Of a stretch of DNA of 64,000 nt, positions 23,271 to 35,814 are shown one piece after another (the first letter of the stretch is position 1; each line of letters opens with the position of its first letter). The notes below the pieces were generated by a model. The model saw only the letters and a program-made list of their open reading frames with translations, was not told where the DNA came from and did no database searches. A program made the translations under genes and the position numbers. The stretch is from assembly GCF_004010195.1 (NCBI RefSeq), contig NC_057719.1:50324302-50388301 (forward strand). The letters run 5' to 3'. This DNA comes from Chiloscyllium plagiosum. Taxonomy: Eukaryota.

Positions 23271-25539
23271 TTTTTCTTTCAGGAATAAGTGTCATAAACA
23301 TAGAGTCCATGGTTCATGCAAATTAATATGTTTGAGGTAGTTTTAGCTTTAGAAGATTAATTAAGGTAATTGAAGTTCTGAATTTTTCCATGTTGCCAGT
23401 CTATCTCAAATAATGGCAGTTTAAAGGTTTCCATGTCTACTTCTGGAATCAGAGCTAGGAAGATAAATGTAAATTTGAGGAATATTGCCCTGACTTCACT
23501 CGAAATTTAAATTATTTGTGAAAACTTCAGGTCAAAATATTTAACTTGAAGACAAAAGTTAATTAACCAAAGGGTTTGTCAGGTATTTAATAAATCTTTT
23601 TTGTCATCCAAATGACTAATTCCAAGTAGAGCCTTCTGAGAACTTGTCTGAGGGATGTTTACAGAATGTTTTTAGGGTTGGAGGTTAAAGCATCCAAGTT
23701 GGTGGGTGTAAGCTCTGAGTTCAACAAGCAGAGAAACAAAGCAATTGTAGACTAGAATGAAAAGTGCTGTCAGAAACCAAAGTATTTTTTTGGCTGGTGA
23801 CACTAAGCACACGTTTTAGCTAAAGTCCACAGTCGTGAGGTTTTAAAGGAAAGTTGAAGGATTGCTTAGCCAAAAGTTAATGGAAGGATCCCTGGGAAAT
23901 TTCAGAGATTAAAGGACAGCTGGAACACCAATGAGAAGTTGAAGTGAAGTTTGAAGGGCTGTGGGATATGTTTGTTTGGTTCTAGAGAAAGTAAATGAAC
24001 CTTGAAGAGTCTGATCAGACTTTCTGGAGAAAACGTAAAGAAGAAAGGTCTATAATTTAAGTCTGAAGTATGTAATTGTTTTTTTATGTTTTTTTGTTGT
24101 AAAACTTCAAGCTTTTATCTAAGAGTGTTTATTTAGTAATGTCTACTTTGCTTGTTTCTGGTATAGTGACATTCTTTTGCATTAAACTGTGGAGTCAGGT
24201 GGCGTCATTTCTTTCAGATTCTTCTGAATTTCTTTTCAAACATTAATGGTTGGGAACAGAAGTAAACTCACCAGTTTCCCCTATTCATTCCTTTGTAATT
24301 TGTAGGAATATAACTTCTTCAAAATTGAGTTGTGGCTGTTTTAGAATTATTTAGGAAGAATGTCAAATCTTCTGTTGGTATTTATGATCATGTACTTACT
24401 TGTGGTGAAGTAAAGGCAGTTTGACTCCTTAATGTGCATGTTTTATCTTGCACAGTCATATCCAGTAAAGGGAACCTCTTAGGATCTTAATTTACTTGCA
24501 TTTTTATGCATGTAAAAGCAAAATATCAGGTCTAGAAAATTTTGTTTACAGCATGTTTCTGGAGAAAGACTTTTTTTCTTGAGTCAGAAGAGTAAGATAA
24601 ATCAGAATCAAGATGCAACACCTCTGTTCTGCAACGATAACTTGAAGTTATGTTGTGTATTTAAGGTAGGAAACCACTTCATGGCAATTAAATATGATTT
24701 GATTAGAAAACCTGAGTCACATAAGCTATTACGACAGAAGACAAGTAGCCTGTGTCGATGAGACAGAATTTGAGAAATATCTGAAAATAAGAGAGTAAAA
24801 TTTGAGAGGTTTGCATTAAATTTGATTCATAAATAACCAGCTGTGAACTATCAACATATAATTCTACCAGTTAAAACACGAACCCCGTTTCTTAACATGC
24901 AAACACAAACAAAAAAAAGCTAAGGAACACAGTTCAAAAGCATCAGTACACTGGGTTTTGATACTGTGTATCTTTTGCTTCTCAGACCTTTGTTCTTTGG
25001 CTCCTCTGCAGGAGGCACAGGGCAATTGGATACACTAATGAAAAAGACTGAGTTATTGGTTAAAAGCAACAGCTTACAGCAACTCGTGGGGAACAAAATG
25101 ACTGTTTTCCTTCAGACTTCGGGTACTTTTACTGCAGAGAGGAAGAAACACAGAAGTACTCTTTCCAATCTGGAAAACTTCTGTATCTGTATAGTTTGTA
25201 CTCACTCACACCTAGCCATCTGCTTGCTCACTCAGCCGGCCACCCATTCACTTACCAACTCACCAATCAATGTCCAGTATCCACTTTTGCTCAAATCAAT
25301 CGGCTACCTGTTGTCAGATGAATCACACTCTGTGCAATGCCCTGGTGGTTTGCTGTCTTAGCTCACCTCCCCCACTGCTTGCAAATCAGAAGTAGAAATG
25401 AATTTCACTAAACTGCAGCAATCCCCTTCCCCAGTGCTCAGTTGTAAAACAGCTTTGATGATCTTTAGGCATACACATTTCAAAATTCATCATTAGCATA
25501 TTTACAGTTAGAAAATTAGGTGATATTTCAAATATAATC

Positions 25540-25657
25540 CTGATTTGGAGGCGCTGGTGTTGTACTGAGGTGTACAGAGTTAAAAATAACACAATATCAT
25601 GTTATAGTCCAACAGATTTATTTGGAAGCACGAGCTTTCAGAGCGCTGCTCCTTCAT
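25540..25657 (-). mobile_element. PLE terminal-repeat mini-insertion (another family) starting inside a hammerhead core
   Basis: Minus strand ATGA-a-GGAGC agc GCTCt-GAAA-gctc; TSD tataatc 25533-25539/25658-25664. Confidence 0.65.
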
Positions 25658-25850
25658 TATAATCACAATCCACTTCTCCACTAGATTATTCATGACCACT
25701 CTTTCCTGTTGAGCTAGTTCCCACGAAGGTTTCCTGCTCCCTTGCAGACCTCCATGCATGGTGGTGTCTTCTGGAACTGGAAGTCAGTGCATCCACAGAT
25801 TTACATGTTCAGATCCTCCAAGCAGCTGCTTTTTACTATATATTATGTAA

Positions 25851-26268
25851 GGCTGGGGCTGTTTTCCCTGGAGTGTCAGGCCGAGGGGTGACCTTATAGA
25901 GGTTTACAAAATTGAGGGGCATGGATAGGGTAAATAGGCAAAGTCTTTTCCCTGGGGTTGGGGAGTCCAGAATTAGAGGGCATAGGTTTAGAGTGAAAGG
26001 GGAAAGATATAAGAGAGACCTAAGGGGCAACTTGTTCACGCAGAGGGTGGTATGTGTATGGAATTAGCTGCCAGAGGAAGTGGTGGAGGCTGGTACAATT
26101 GCAACATTTAAGAGGCATTTGGATGGGTATATGAATAGGAAAGGTTTGGAGGGATTTCGGCCGGGTGCTGGCAGGTGGGACTGGAATGGATTGGGATATC
26201 TGGTCGGTATGGGCAGATTGGACCGAAAGGTCTGTTTCCATGCTGTATATCTCTCTGATTCTATGACT
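25851..26268 (+). mobile_element. Young CR1/HER1-like LINE 3' end
   Basis: LGLFSLE...GDLIEVYKI-type coding end, tail ggaccgaaaggtctgtttccatgctgta...tctatgact; near-identical to 34990-35412. Confidence 0.88.
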
Positions 26269-26329
26269 ATGTCTCTGAAGTGCATGGAAATATGGAAGAT
26301 AAGAGTAGGAGGAGGCCATTTGGGTGAAG

Positions 26330-26722
26330 AAATGACTACTCATCTCTGTCCTAAATGGTCCACCCCAATTCTTCAGACTGCTACCCCTGGTTCTGGACAC
26401 ACCCACCACCAGGCACATTCTCCCTGCATGTACCCTATCTAGTCCTGTTGGAATTTTATAAGTCTCTATGAGATTTCCCTCCTGCTCCAAACTTATCTGA
26501 ACTCCAGCAAAAACAATCCTAACTTAAGTCAACCTCTCCTCATATGTCAGTCCTGCCATCCCTGAAATCAACCTGGTAAGCCTTTACTGCACTCCCTTGA
26601 GAGCAAGAGCATCCTTCCTCAGAAAAGGAGACCAAAACTGCACACAGTATTCTTGGTGTGGCCTCACCAAGGCCCCGTATAACCGCAACAATACGTCCTT
26701 GCTCTTGTACTCAAAACCTCTT
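26330..26722 (-). mobile_element. CR1-clade LINE fragment
   Basis: GNLIETYKIPTGLDRV...RTRG; reverse complement of the LVRPH-EYCVQFWSP region. Confidence 0.8.
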
Positions 26723-28319
26723 GTTTTGACCATGTTTTTTGTTATCCCATGCCTTCAAGTCCATTGTTACAACTTTGTTAAAACTCTTTGCTGATGAGAT
26801 ACTTACTTTGTCTTGACTAATAACATATTTATTGTAGACCTCTTCTCGTAGTTCTGAGTGCTTGTTATCCTTTACTGTTGCATCCTTGAATTTGATTTTA
26901 ATTTGAGAAGATGGATGGTCAAACCATTAAAATTGTTATAAAATAATAATTGAACTTCGACCTCCTAATGCTGATGATAACTCCTTACAACTTTTCAAAT
27001 CAAAATATTAAAAGGAATACTGTATTGATAAGATTGCTTAACATGAAAATGCACTGACTTTGCAATAACTGCCTTGTATTCCATATCCAGTTTTATCTCA
27101 GCCGGTTTCATTGATGGCCTGTTCAACAGTAAGGATATTTCACTTGGTGCTATGTTTGGGCTGATAAAATGGTTTACCCCAGTGATTTTACAGGGAATTT
27201 TTTTTTAGTGATTTTAACATGTTGTCATTACTAGACTTGAAACAGGTAGGACTCTCAAATTCATGAGACAACAATGTTGAAAGTTAAGTTAAAGTATTTA
27301 GGCAACATTTTAACCAGTCCACTGCACGTAGAAAGTAATTGAATGAAATTGTGACTAAAACATTGACACCACGGCTGAAATTTCTTGTTATCAGTACAAT
27401 TTCCTCTGCCTGATCATATCACTATCTTCTGCTGAAACTTCCATACCGTGTCATTCCAAAAATCTTGTCATTCCGGTTAGGACAATTTGTTTCATAATGG
27501 CATTTTAATGTACATCTTATAACACCTGTTGGCCATATCCCAGACTCTGTGGTTCATTTTTCTGACAACAGTACCTCAGTTCCTGGTCTCTGTTTTCATT
27601 GCCAGAAGTGTCTCTGTCTTTGCTTATTTTAGCTATGATGATTCTTTCTATTGATGCTTTCCACCTGTACCTGGCTAGTTTTACCACATTTTTAATTCAC
27701 TTCTGAATTCTCCTTTCTCGTATTACTGTTGTGTGTCTGATTTGAAATAGAAAGGCCATTGGGAATGAAATTTTCCCAGGATTTATTTTATTAAGGTCTC
27801 TGATATCTGTTCTAAAAGAATCTTTATTCCTGAAAGTCTAACTCCAGTTAAATACTAGTTGTCTATACAGGTTTGATACCTTAGCACAATCCAACAATTT
27901 AAAGACATGTACTAAGTTAGGAATCCCCAACCGGCATTTTTGCAATTGTGCATTTATTCTGCTAAATTGGACATTGTCATCTATGGAATATCAATCCTGC
28001 TGTCAAAATTTGACAGCATATGACCACTTCTCATTTGCACCTAGCAGATCATCTTTCTTATAAATTTTGTCCATAAATGTTCATAGCATTTCCAAACGTT
28101 TCTCACAGTCTAGTTATGAAGGCTTTAACTCTGAGAAGACTTTACACCTGATCTTACTATGAGTAGGATGTACAGTGCCAAGGCCATACCTTACCTTTGC
28201 TTCTTGCCAAACATGTTTGATATATCTCATATTGAGTTGGTTTTCTCCTGTTGATTGTAAAATTTTATTCTGTGCAACATCTGTGCGAAATCATGCCCTG
28301 ACAGTTTACATTTGGGCGT

Positions 28320-28637
28320 GTGGGCGGCACGGTGGCACAGTGGTTAGCACTGCTGCCTCACAGCGCCAGAGATCCGGGTTCAATTCCCGCCTCAGGCGAC
28401 TGACTGTGTGGAGTTTGCACATTCTCCCCGTGTCTGCGTGGGTTTCCTCTGGGTGCTCCGGTTTCTTCCCACAGTCACAAAAATGTGCAGGGCCAGGTGA
28501 ATTGGCCATACTAAATTGTCCGTAGTGTTAGGTAAGGGGTAAATGTAGGGGTATGGGTGGGTTTCGCTTCGGCGGGTCGGTGTGGACTTGTTGGGCCGAA
28601 GGGCCTGTTTCCACACTGTAATTTAATCTAATCTAAT
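28320..28637 (+). mobile_element. HE1-type V-SINE
   Basis: Near-identical to 457-776, (aatct)n tail. Confidence 0.92.
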
Positions 28638-28829
28638 TTGGTTTTAATTGTTCCTCTGCAATGTAACTTGTATTGCAATCTTCTGACCGAAAAGAAATCA
28701 GAGTTTCTGACCTCCTCCTTTTAGACGGCCATCCTCCACTACCATAACCAAGCTTGTGGGTGAGATGGAAACTAAGACATGTTTATTTGTGGATAGACAG
28801 CTCCTCAGTTACGGATACTTCCCAGTCAC

Positions 28830-28928
28830 CTTGTTCACAATGTTATTGCATAACTCTGGAGCAAGTGGGACTTGAACCAAAGCCTCTTAGCACAAAGGTG
28901 GAGACACTGGCACTCCACTACAAGAGGA
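28830..28928 (-). mobile_element. Short tRNA-derived SINE
   Basis: ctctggagcaagtgggacttgaacc...cacaaagg...ctacaagag; homologous to 8755-8860. Confidence 0.65.
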
Positions 28929-29558
28929 CATCTGTCCTCCCTTTATATCTAACCAGTCAATTAATAAATCATTTGACATCAATCCCTTATTTAACCATTT
29001 GTTATAATAACATGCCCCACCCTCGCTTCCCTTTCATTGCTTTTTGTGCTTCTGTCTCTTCTCCAAAACTCCTTTTGCAGTCACCTCCTCCTAATTTTCC
29101 TGTCCCAATGTCATTTTCTCAACTATCTTCATATTCCTTAATGTCATTAGTCTCCAGAAATGTATCAAGTTCTATCATGAGCATGCTCTGTGATTGCGTT
29201 TATACACTTCACCTGGTACAGAGAAATAAAAGTTTCACCACCATTGGAGTGAAGAGGCTCCCCATGCTGTCTTAAATGGCCTAGCCCTTTATTTGGAGAT
29301 GATATACCCTGGTTTTAGACTTGCCATCCAGGGGACCTGTTATCTGTATCTGGGATATTGTCCCCTGGAAGAATTTTGTAAGTTGCAATGAAGATCATTT
29401 CTTAATTGTTCTAAATTCTAAGAATTACAGACCCAGTCTGCTCAATATCTCCTCATCAGCAATCTTATTATCCAGGGATTAATCTGGTACACCTCTGTTG
29501 TATTTCCTCTGTGGCAATTGTATCACACTCTAGTTCGACGCCAAAACTGTTCAAGCAT

Positions 29559-29687
29559 TCCTGGAGAAAGGCTTTTGCCTGAAACGCCGATTTTCTTGCT
29601 CCTCGGATGCTGCCTGACCTGCTGTGATTTTCCAGTACCACACTAATCTAGATTCTAATTTCCAGCATCTGCAGTACCCACTTCTGC
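29559..29687 (+). mobile_element. Neptune-type PLE mini-insertion (family 3), degenerate hammerhead at 5' end
   Basis: ttcCTGGAGA-a-AGGC tttt GCCT-GAAAC-gcc; TSD caagcat 29552-29558/29688-29694. Confidence 0.8.
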
Positions 29688-30269
29688 CAAGCATGGTCTT
29701 GTCAAGGCCCTTTATAACTGCAGAAAAGCCAACAAACCATCTGCCTTTCTCATTGCTTGCTGCACCTGCATGCTAACTTTGAATGAAGCATGAACAAGGA
29801 TAAGCATGCCTCTTTCCACATCCGTACTCCCAGCTCCTCACTGTTCCATAAAAAAATTTCTTTTTTCTTATTTTTTTCTACCAGAGTAAATAGCTTCACA
29901 CTTATTCACATTATTTCCTATCTCCCATATTCTAGCACATTGATTTAGCCTATTCAAGGCCCCTTGAAGCCTCCTTGCATCCTCCTCAAAATTTATATTC
30001 CCATCTAATTTAGTGTCATCAGCAAAATTGGAAATTTTACAATTTACCTCCAAATCTGAGTTAATTATAGAGATTGTGAATAGCTTTGGACTTAGTTCTG
30101 ATCTTTGCTATGCCCTTCTAGTAATGGTCTGCCATCCTGAAAATGATCATTTATGCCTATTCTCTGCTTTCTGTCTGTTAACCAATTTTTAGTACATACT
30201 GGTACATTACAATGATTCCGTGCACATTGATCTTATTTACTGGCCTGTGCAGGATTTTTATGAAAAGCC

Positions 30270-30473
30270 GAGAGTGCTGTGCTGGAAAGAAACAGCAGGT
30301 CAGGTAGCATCTGAGGGGCAGGAGAATCGACGTTTCGGGCATAAGCCCTTCAAGAATTTTGGCTTATGCCTGAAACATCGATTCTCCTGCTCAGATGCTG
30401 CCTGACCTACTGTGCCTTTACAGCACCACACATTCAACTCTGATCTTCAGCATCTGCAGTCCTCACTTTCTCC
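30270..30473. mobile_element. Neptune-type PLE fold-back mini-element (family 3)
   Basis: Arms are reverse complements meeting at ~30350-30361; TSD ttttatgaaaagcc (30256-30269) / ttttatcaaaagtc (30474-30487). Confidence 0.85.
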
Positions 30474-31755
30474 TTTTATCAAAAGTCTTCTGAAAATCTA
30501 ATAGCTGAAAGGCTGATATAAAAGAGATTGTAGAAAAAGAAAGAAATTTTCATGATAAAATGCATTCACATTAGGCACCTGTTGACTGATTGTCTTTCAA
30601 AAAGAAGTCTTTGTGATTAATAACTTCGAGGTCCAAGCAAACATATCTTATTATGTTTCTTTGACTTGGAAATCCTGTTTGTATGTTGTAAAAGTTTTGA
30701 TTTAAAGAGAAGACAAGAATCTGTTAATGGCTTATCTAAAGATGCAAAGATGAAAGGAATTGATGGATTAAATACCTTTAGCACATACAAAAAAACTTTT
30801 TGGATATTGGTTGGGAAGGAGAAACTATATTTCTGAAAATGAACCCAATGTTTAGTAAAAACATTGCTGTCTGGTTTCGTACTTCACCATGTGACTTCAG
30901 AATAAATTATAAAAGGAAGTTGATCTTGTGGATTTGCTGAAGTCATGGAACTTTGTAACAAAATAACTAGAGTTTCAAGAAGGTGCAAGTTTAGGGCTCA
31001 GGTAATGGTGAACATTTGGGCACATTTATCCTGTGGGTCAGAGGAAGAGCGAAAGTTGCTAAATGGATGGTTGCAATTTTTGATGGGGAAATTCAAGAAC
31101 TTGCATTGTTGTCAGAGGGACTATGGTTTAAGAAGTTGGTTTGTGATGGAGAGAAACTGAGATTAGTTTTACATTCCAGGATGGCAAGCAGTTTTAGTGA
31201 TGAAAGTTGTCAGTTGTTCACCAGGTTCTGAATCCAACCACTTTTATAGTGACATCACTCGAAGACTGAGGTGAATTATACAACGCAAGAGAAAGCCATT
31301 TGGCAAATTTTGTCTAACCTTACCTGTTGAAAAATCTTCACATTTAGTTTGCTCAGTAATCCTTTCCACATAGGTTTGCATCCCTCATTGTCTCTTAAAT
31401 ATTTTTAGTTGACTTTGTTTCATCCACACTTTCAGGTACTTGGTTCCCGATTGTAACAATGCACTGCTTCTCAGAAAAAAAAACGTCTAAGTTCCCACAT
31501 AGATTTTGTGTGTGTGGGCACATTGGTTGGCTGGATGGTTTGTGTATGGATCAGATTAACACCAACAGTACAAATTCAATCTCATTCGAGTCGATGTGCA
31601 CTTAAGGCTGACCACGTTGTTTTATCCGCTGTTAAAAGAAAAATTACAGCACTTTGCTGTAATCACCAAACAACTGCATTTGGGTGAGGTACTCAAGAAG
31701 AAGAAAATTAATAAATTGATCTACAACATTTGTATTAAGGGTAAATCAGGTAAAA

Positions 31756-31852
31756 TTCTGGATTAGTGGTGCTGGAAGAGCACAGCATTCAGGCAGCATC
31801 CAAGGAGCAGCAAAATCGACGTTTCGGGCAAAAGCCCTTCATTAGGAATACC
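31756..31852 (-). mobile_element. Neptune-type PLE mini-insertion (family 3), near-intact hammerhead
   Basis: Minus strand attcCTAATGAaGGGCttttGCCCGAAACGTC; TSD taaatcaggtaaaa (31742-31755) / taaatcgggtaaaa (31853-31866). Confidence 0.85.
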
Positions 31853-31965
31853 TAAATCGGGTAAAAGGATGGAGAATTTTTCAAAATTGTAGAAGGTTTT
31901 CTTATTCAACTGCTGAATTATATTCCAAAGCCTGCAAAAGTATAGCTGGCTGGTACACATATTGG

Positions 31966-32178
31966 GAAAAAGTGAGGACTGCAGATGCTGGAGATCAGAG
32001 TCATAAAGTGTAATGTTGGAAAAGCACAGCTGGTCAGGCATCATCCAAGGAACAGGAAGAGTTGACATTTTGGGCATAAGCTCATCCTGATGAAGTGCTT
32101 ATGCTTAAAACATAGACTGTCCAGTTCCTCAGATGCTGCCTGACCTGCTGTGCTTTTCCAACGCCATGCTTTTTGACC
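31966..32178. mobile_element. Neptune-type PLE fold-back mini-element (family 3)
   Basis: Inverted arms join at ~32085, just before CTGATGA (32087); TSD ctggtacacatattgg (31950-31965) / ctggtacagatattgg (32179-32194). Confidence 0.87.
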
Positions 32179-32290
32179 CTGGTACAGATATTGGCTTTGT
32201 TAAATTTGTGAAGACCCTATCTGCTAATATTTGCTCATATTTTCTGATTGTAATTCTTAATCTGACTAGACAATATCTGTCTCTTTCCAG

Positions 32291-32363
32291 TCAGAAGAAG
32301 AGCTTGATCCAGAAGAGAGGGATAACTTCTTGCAGCAGCTTTACAAGTTTATGGAGGACAGGG
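32291..32363 (+). CDS. ARID4A: ARID4A exon, ARID domain part 1
   Basis: ctctttccAG| acceptor, |GTaag donor; [24 protein letters not shown](G). Confidence 0.97.
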
Positions 32364-32489
32364 GTAAGGACTGCTTGAAAGCTGAAGTTGGCCTTTGACC
32401 TATGAACTGATTTCTAATTTAACGCAAATATTAATGATATGAATGGTAAAAATAAGTAATCGGAAGTTCTTTAAACTAGAAATAAAAAT

Positions 32490-34361
32490 TGACATGGACT
32501 TCAGTAGGCATTTGATAAGGTTCCCCATGGTCGGCTGATGGAAAAAGTGAAGTAGCATGGGGTCCAGGGTATACGAGCTAGATGGATAGAGAACTGGCGG
32601 GGCAACAGTAGACAGAGAGTAGTAGTGGAAAATGGAGACCTGTGACCAGTGGTGTTCCACAGGGATCTGTGCAAGGACCACTGTTGTTTATGATATACAT
32701 AGATGATCTGGAGGAAGATATAGGTGGTCTGATTAGCAAGTTTGTAGGTGACACTAAGACTGGTGGAGTAGCAGATAGTAAAGGAGACTGTCAGATAATA
32801 CAGCAGAATATAAGTAGATTGGAGACTTGGGCAGAGAAATGGCTGATGGAGTTCAATCCGACAATTGCGAGGTGATGCATTTTGGAAGATCCAATTCAAG
32901 ACTGAACAATACAGGAAATGAAAAGGTCCTGGGGAAAATTGATGTATAGAGAGACATGGGTGTTCAGGTCCATTGTTCCCTGCAGGTGGCAATGCAGGTC
33001 AATAGAGTGGGAGAAAGTGAGGACTGCAGATACTGGAGACCAGAGTTGGAAAATGTGCTGGAAAAACACAGCAGGCCAGGCAGCATCCGAGGAGCAAGAG
33101 AATCGACATTTCGGGCATAAGCCCTTCTTCAGGAATGAGGCTGGTGTGCCAAGCTGAGATAAAGGGTAGGGGGGAGGGAATTTGGGGGAGGGGCGCTGGG
33201 AATACGATAGGTGGAAGGAGGTGAGGGTGATAGGCTGGAGAGGGGGTGGGGGCGGAGAGGTCGGGAAGAAGATTGCAGGTCAAGAGGGCGATGCTGAATC
33301 AGGGGGTTGGGACTGAGATAAGGTCGGGGGAATGGAAATGAGGAAGCTGGAGAAATCTCCATTCATCCCATGTGGTTGGACGGTTCCTAGGCGGAAGATG
33401 AGGCGCTCTTCCTCCAAGTGTCGTGTGGTCAGGATCTGGCGATGGAGGAGGCCAAGGACCTGCATGTCCTTGGCTGAGTGGGAGGGGGATTTAGTGGTCA
33501 GCCACAGGGCGGCTGGGTTGGTTGGTGCGAGTGTTCCAGAGGTGTTCCCTGAAATGTTCCGCAAGTAGGCGACCTGTCTCCCCAATATAGAGGAGACCAC
33601 ATCGGATGCAACGGATACAGTAAATGATGTGTGTGGAGGTGCAGGTGAATTTGTGACAGATATGGAGGGATCCATTGGGGCCTTGGAGGGAGGTGAGGGG
33701 GGAGGTATGGGCGCAAATTTTGCACTTCTTGCAGTTGCAGGGGAAGGTGCCGGGAGTGGAGATTGGGTTGGTGGGGGGGGTGTGGACCTGACGGAGTCGC
33801 GGAGGGAGTGGTCTCTCCGGAACGCTGATAGGGGTGGGGAGGGAAATATATCCCTGGTGATGGGGTCTGTTTGTAGGTGGCGGAAATGACGGAGGATGAT
33901 ATGATGTATCCGGAGGTTGGTGGGGTGGAAGGTGAGGACCAGTGGGGTTGAGTGGTCAAGAAGGTATATGGCATGCTTTCCTTCATCGGACGGGGTATTG
34001 AGTACAGGAGTTGGCAGATTATGTTACAGTTGTATAGGATTTTATTATAACCACTTGCGTCTTGGTTAGAGCAAATTATTAGGGGTCATGAGTTCAAAGT
34101 GAGAGGGGAAAGGTTTAAGGGAGATATGCGTGGAAAGTCCTTCAGAGGGTCGTGGGTGCCTGGAATACGTTGCCAGCAGAGGTGGTAGGGATGGGAACGA
34201 TAGTATCATTTAAGACGTATCAAGACAGATACATGAATGGGCAGGGAGCAGAGGGATACAGATCCATAGAACATAGGCGGCAGGTTTAGATAGAGGTTCT
34301 GGATCAGCGCAGGCTTAGAGGGTCAAAGGGCCTGTTCCTGTGCTGTAATTTTCTTTGTTCT
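32490..34361 (+). mobile_element. CR1-clade LINE (RT + 3' end) interrupted by a PLE
   Basis: TSGVPQGSVQGPLLFMIYIDDL...ISKFVGDTK; resumes at 33950 and ends with tail gggcctgttcctgtgctgtaa. Confidence 0.9.
33011..33949 (-). mobile_element. Neptune-clade Penelope-like element, 5'-truncated (Cys linker + GIY-YIG endonuclease + terminal repeat with hammerhead)
   Basis: Minus strand PGTFPCNCKKCKICAH, FTCTSTHIIYCIRCIRCGLLYIGETGRLLAEHFREHL, RHLEEERLIFRLGTVQPHGMN; hammerhead-like CTGAAGAaGGGCttatGCCCGAAAtGTC at 33101-33136; gagtgg duplicated at 33005-33010/33950-33955. Confidence 0.92.
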
Positions 34362-34579
34362 TTGCTCTAACCAAGACGCAAGTGGTTATAATAAAAGCCT
34401 GCAGTGACTTTAAATAAGTTACACTGTGGACTGTCTTTACCCAGTCGATAAACTCTGTCAGCATTTCTTTATAACAAACTTGCAGTACTGTGAATTTCAG
34501 TTGGGATGTTAAACAACTTTCCACTAACAATTTTAACAAGTGCAGAAATTCACTGACAAAACGTAATTCTAAACTCCTG

Positions 34580-35413
34580 GGACCTTGATCAGATGGGCCA
34601 ATGGGCTGAGAAGTGGCAGATGGAGTTTAATTTAGAGAAATGAGAGTGCTGCACATTTAACAGGACTTGTACACTTAATGGTAAGGTCTTGGGAGTGTTG
34701 CTGAACAAAGAGACCTTGGAGTGCAGGTTCATAGCTCCTTGAATGTGGAGTCACAGGTAGACAGGATAGTGAAGAAGGCATTTGGTGTGCTTTTCTTTAT
34801 TGATCAGGGTGTTGAGTACAGGAGTTGGGAGGTCATGTTGTGGCTGTACAGGACATTGATTAGGCCGCTGTTGGAATATTGTGTGCAATCCTGGTCTCGT
34901 TCCTATCGGAAAGATGTTGTGAAATTTGAAAGGCTTTAGGAAAGATTTACAAGGATGTTGCCAGGGTTGGAGGATTTGAGCTATTGGGAGAGGTTGCAAA
35001 GGCTAGGGCTGTTTTCCCTGGAGCGTCGGAGGCTGAGGGGTGACCTTATAGAGGTTTATAAAATTTTGAGGGGCATGGATAGGATAAATAGACAAAGTCT
35101 CTTCCGTGGGGTGGGGGAGTCCAGAACTAGAGGGCATAGGTTTAGGGTGAGAGGGGAAAGATATAAATGAGACCGAAGGGGCAACTTGTTCATGCAGAGG
35201 GTGGTATGTGTATGGAATGAGCTGTCAGAGGAAGTGGTGGTGGCTAGTACATTTGCAACATTTAGAAGGCATCTGGATGGGAATATGAAGAGAAAGAGTT
35301 TGGAAGGATATGGGCCAGGTGCTGGCAGGTGGGACTAGATTGGATTGGGATATCTGGTCAGCATGGACAGGTTGGACCAAAGGGTCTGTTTCCATGCTGT
35401 ACATCTCTATGAC
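34580..35413 (+). mobile_element. Young CR1/HER1-like LINE 3' end
   Basis: LYRTLIRPLLEYCVQSW; MLPGLEDLSYWERLQRLGLFSLERRRLRGDLIEVYKI...RTRGH; tail ending tctatgact. Confidence 0.92.
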
Positions 35414-35814
35414 TGAAATGCGTAAACCTTTCGATCTACCTTTACAGCCTATGTTAACCAATAATGTATATGTATTTGAGTTGTTGCATATGATCTATTT
35501 GTGTTGTCTGTTGTGAATATAAATATTTCTGACATATAAATAAGGTAAATCACGTGAAAGGTAGAAAAGTGACAATGTATTTTGATCATATGCATTCTTC
35601 CTGCAAAATTAGGTGCGACTCCACTAAGTAACTTATGAAGTACTGCACAGGCCTTTTTCTGTGAGAAATGATGCTTATGCAAATAAATGTAATGAAATCT
35701 TGTAACAACAAAATGTAAAAGTGGTATGTTGGTATGACATGATGGTATACAGATTTCTTCTTAATCTTCTGGCATTGTGCAAAGATAGAGGTATTTCTTT
35801 TGGATGATAATTTA

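Larger units (their letters stand above)
29200..30500 (-). mobile_element. CR1-clade LINE ORF2 fragment hosting two PLE mini-insertions
   Basis: ISNFADDTKLDG (FADD catalytic motif)...NVNKCEAIYSGRK. Confidence 0.85.

Noticed and set aside
23575..24315. Possible solo LTR
   Set aside because: No clear TG...CA termini, TSD or second copy visible
28754..29275. Longest ORF in the track (173 aa)
   Set aside because: Runs across SINE and LINE remnants; no domain motifs or consistent splice context
30270..32178. MITE / DNA transposon interpretation of the palindromes
   Set aside because: Arms are unequal, TSD lengths vary, and the sequence matches the terminal repeat of the GIY-YIG retroelement at 33011-33949
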